A stretch of 64,000 bases of DNA from Chrysomallon squamiferum (taxonomy: Eukaryota > Animalia > Mollusca). Below are positions 62,451-64,000 of this stretch, in pieces. The notes under the pieces were generated by a model. The model saw only the letters and a program-made list of their open reading frames with translations, was not told where the DNA came from and made no database searches. Both the position numbers and the translations under genes were made by a program. Location of the stretch: positions 29,512,001-29,576,000 of the forward strand of contig CM022673.1 in NCBI GenBank assembly GCA_012295275.1, in the 5' to 3' direction. Each line of letters starts with the position of its first letter. Positions within the stretch are counted from its first letter, which is position 1.

Positions 62451-63632
62451 ACATTTTTATTTTTATTAATATGAATTGTTGAAGTCTGTGTTTGATTATC
62501 AAAACAACATATTGTTAGTTTACCTACTTTAACTTAATTTATACTCACCACATTTCATAATGAATGAATGAACAAATATTTCTTTAAAATATCTTAACAC
62601 ATTTTTAGTTAAGTGGTGTCACCTCAACATCATTGTTTGTTAATGTTTTTAAATGTGACCTCAAGTTTTTGTACACATATACACACGCACATTAACAGAG
62701 ATAGATAGATATAGATGTTTATTAATGGTTAAATACACATCCAGTGTTGTACTAATATTAATTTTTATTAACTGTCATCCACAGCACCTTATTGTTACCT
62801 CAGCATTTTCTAATATTAATGGTTATTAAATACAGCCATACCTATTTTTGATGTAAACATTTATCAACTGTAAAATGTATATTTCATGTGTAATTTGTTT
62901 AGAATCCACTGCAGTTATCCATGGGCTTCTCTTATTGATTAGCAGCAGAAAGAAAGCAATGCCATGGATTTGATAAATATTTAATTTCTTTGTTTATATC
63001 ATTGAAAACAAAGCTTTATTGTTCATGTGCCTGGAAACATTCGTCTGAAGAACTGAGAAAAATTACAGCGTTTTGGGAATTCCTTATTTTTTGTATTTTT
63101 CTCTCTGTACATTTTGCATGTGTAAACAGAGATAAATAACAATAGTCTTTGAATTGACAAACACATTTTCTCGCACGTACACTCACACATACTTATTTAT
63201 AGCAAAGAAAACAATACACAATTCCAATCCGTCAGATATTTTGTTTATTTATTTGTTAATTAATTATATAATTTAATAATTGTTCGATTTCAAAATAAAC
63301 AAAATCGGACGAAAAAAAATAATGAATTTTTTTACTACAGATGATTGCATTTAATCAGATAATCAAAAACAAACCCCGCCAAAAAAAGAGAGAGAAAAAA
63401 GTAATCCTATCATTTTGGTTCAACACTGTTTTTTTATTTGTTTTTATTATGAAATACATAACAATATTGTTTTCTGTTATAATTACAGCGTGTTTTTTCC
63501 GAGGACTTGGATACGTCTCTGATAGTAAATTTTTCTTTTTAGTGTATCATTCAAAGTTTATTGCAGATGACTGATAAATGAACTAAAGAAAAATTACGAA
63601 ACTAATTTCTTTTCATATTTCGTTTGTTAACT

Positions 63633-64000
63633 TTATCTTTTGCCAAAGTCTGTGTGCCAACCTTGCTGGTTTTCACTACTTTCTTTAGAATTCATTTGTC
63701 TTTTGCCAAATTCTGTGAACCAGCCTTGTTGTCTTTTACCAAAGTCTGTGTGCCAACCTTGTTGGTTTTTACTATTGTCTTTGTATTTTTGTTGTTCTCT
63801 TTTACCAAACTCTGTGAACCAGCCTTGTTGTCTTTTACCAAAGTCTGTGTGCCAACCTTGTTGGTTTTTACTATTGTCTTTGTATTTTTGTTGTTCTCTT
63901 TTGCCAAACTCTGTGAACCAGCCTTGTTGCCTTTTACCAAAGTCTGTGAACCAACCTTGTTGTCTTTTGCCTTTGGACACATCGTGTTGTCTTTTATCGT
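63633..64000 (-). CDS. Neuropeptide precursor, C-terminal part: seven amidated QQGW(F/H)T(D/E)F-NH2 peptides (5'-partial)
   Basis: The frame stays open to the window edge: ..DKR-QHDVSKG-KR-QQGWFTDFG-KR-QQGWFTEFG-KR-EQQKYKDNSKNQQGWHTDFG-KR-QQGWFTEFG-KR-EQQKYKDNSKNQQGWHTDFG-KR-QQGWFTEFG-KR-QMNSKESSENQQGWHTDFG-KR-stop. Repeated Gly-Lys-Arg marks convertase cleavage plus amidation. The track's GTG start at 63980 is internal, and the signal peptide would lie beyond the window. Confidence 0.9.
   Translation of the reverse strand, partial: DKRQHDVSKGKRQQGWFTDFGKRQQGWFTEFGKREQQKYKDNSKNQQGWHTDFGKRQQGWFTEFGKREQQKYKDNSKNQQGWHTDFGKRQQGWFTEFGKRQMNSKESSENQQGWHTDFGKR

Noticed and set aside
63692-63982. Overlapping 96-aa minus-strand ORF (CPKAKDNKVGSQ...)
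   Set aside because: Shadow frame of the repetitive neuropeptide CDS with no recognisable motif. The GKR frame explains the sequence.

Overview
AT-rich, microsatellite-dense eukaryotic (animal) genomic DNA, probably a lophotrochozoan such as a gastropod mollusc (inferred from repeat content, mosaic CpG depletion and neuropeptide type). Almost all ORFs in the supplied track are noise. The real genes are spliced and were rebuilt by hand from splice sites and reading phase: (1) the 3' ten exons of a polypeptide GalNAc-transferase (GALNT, +, 2346-24089); (2) a complete 18-exon LARGE xylosyl/glucuronyltransferase (+, 34255-43525, 720 aa, one GC-AG intron); (3) a predicted 4-exon orphan single-pass membrane protein with a tiny ectodomain and a basic 10-aa-repeat cytoplasmic tail (+, 50480-54410, 212 aa); (4) a complete 8-exon JMJD7 (+, 57525-62425, 316 aa); (5) the 3' end of a multi-copy neuropeptide precursor encoding seven QQGW(F/H)T(D/E)F-amide peptides (-, 63633->64000). 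The window also holds decayed MULE and RTE-LINE fragments, SINE-like dispersed repeats and a 34-bp minisatellite with higher-order structure. The best novelty candidates are the GWxTxFamide precursor and the orphan membrane protein.
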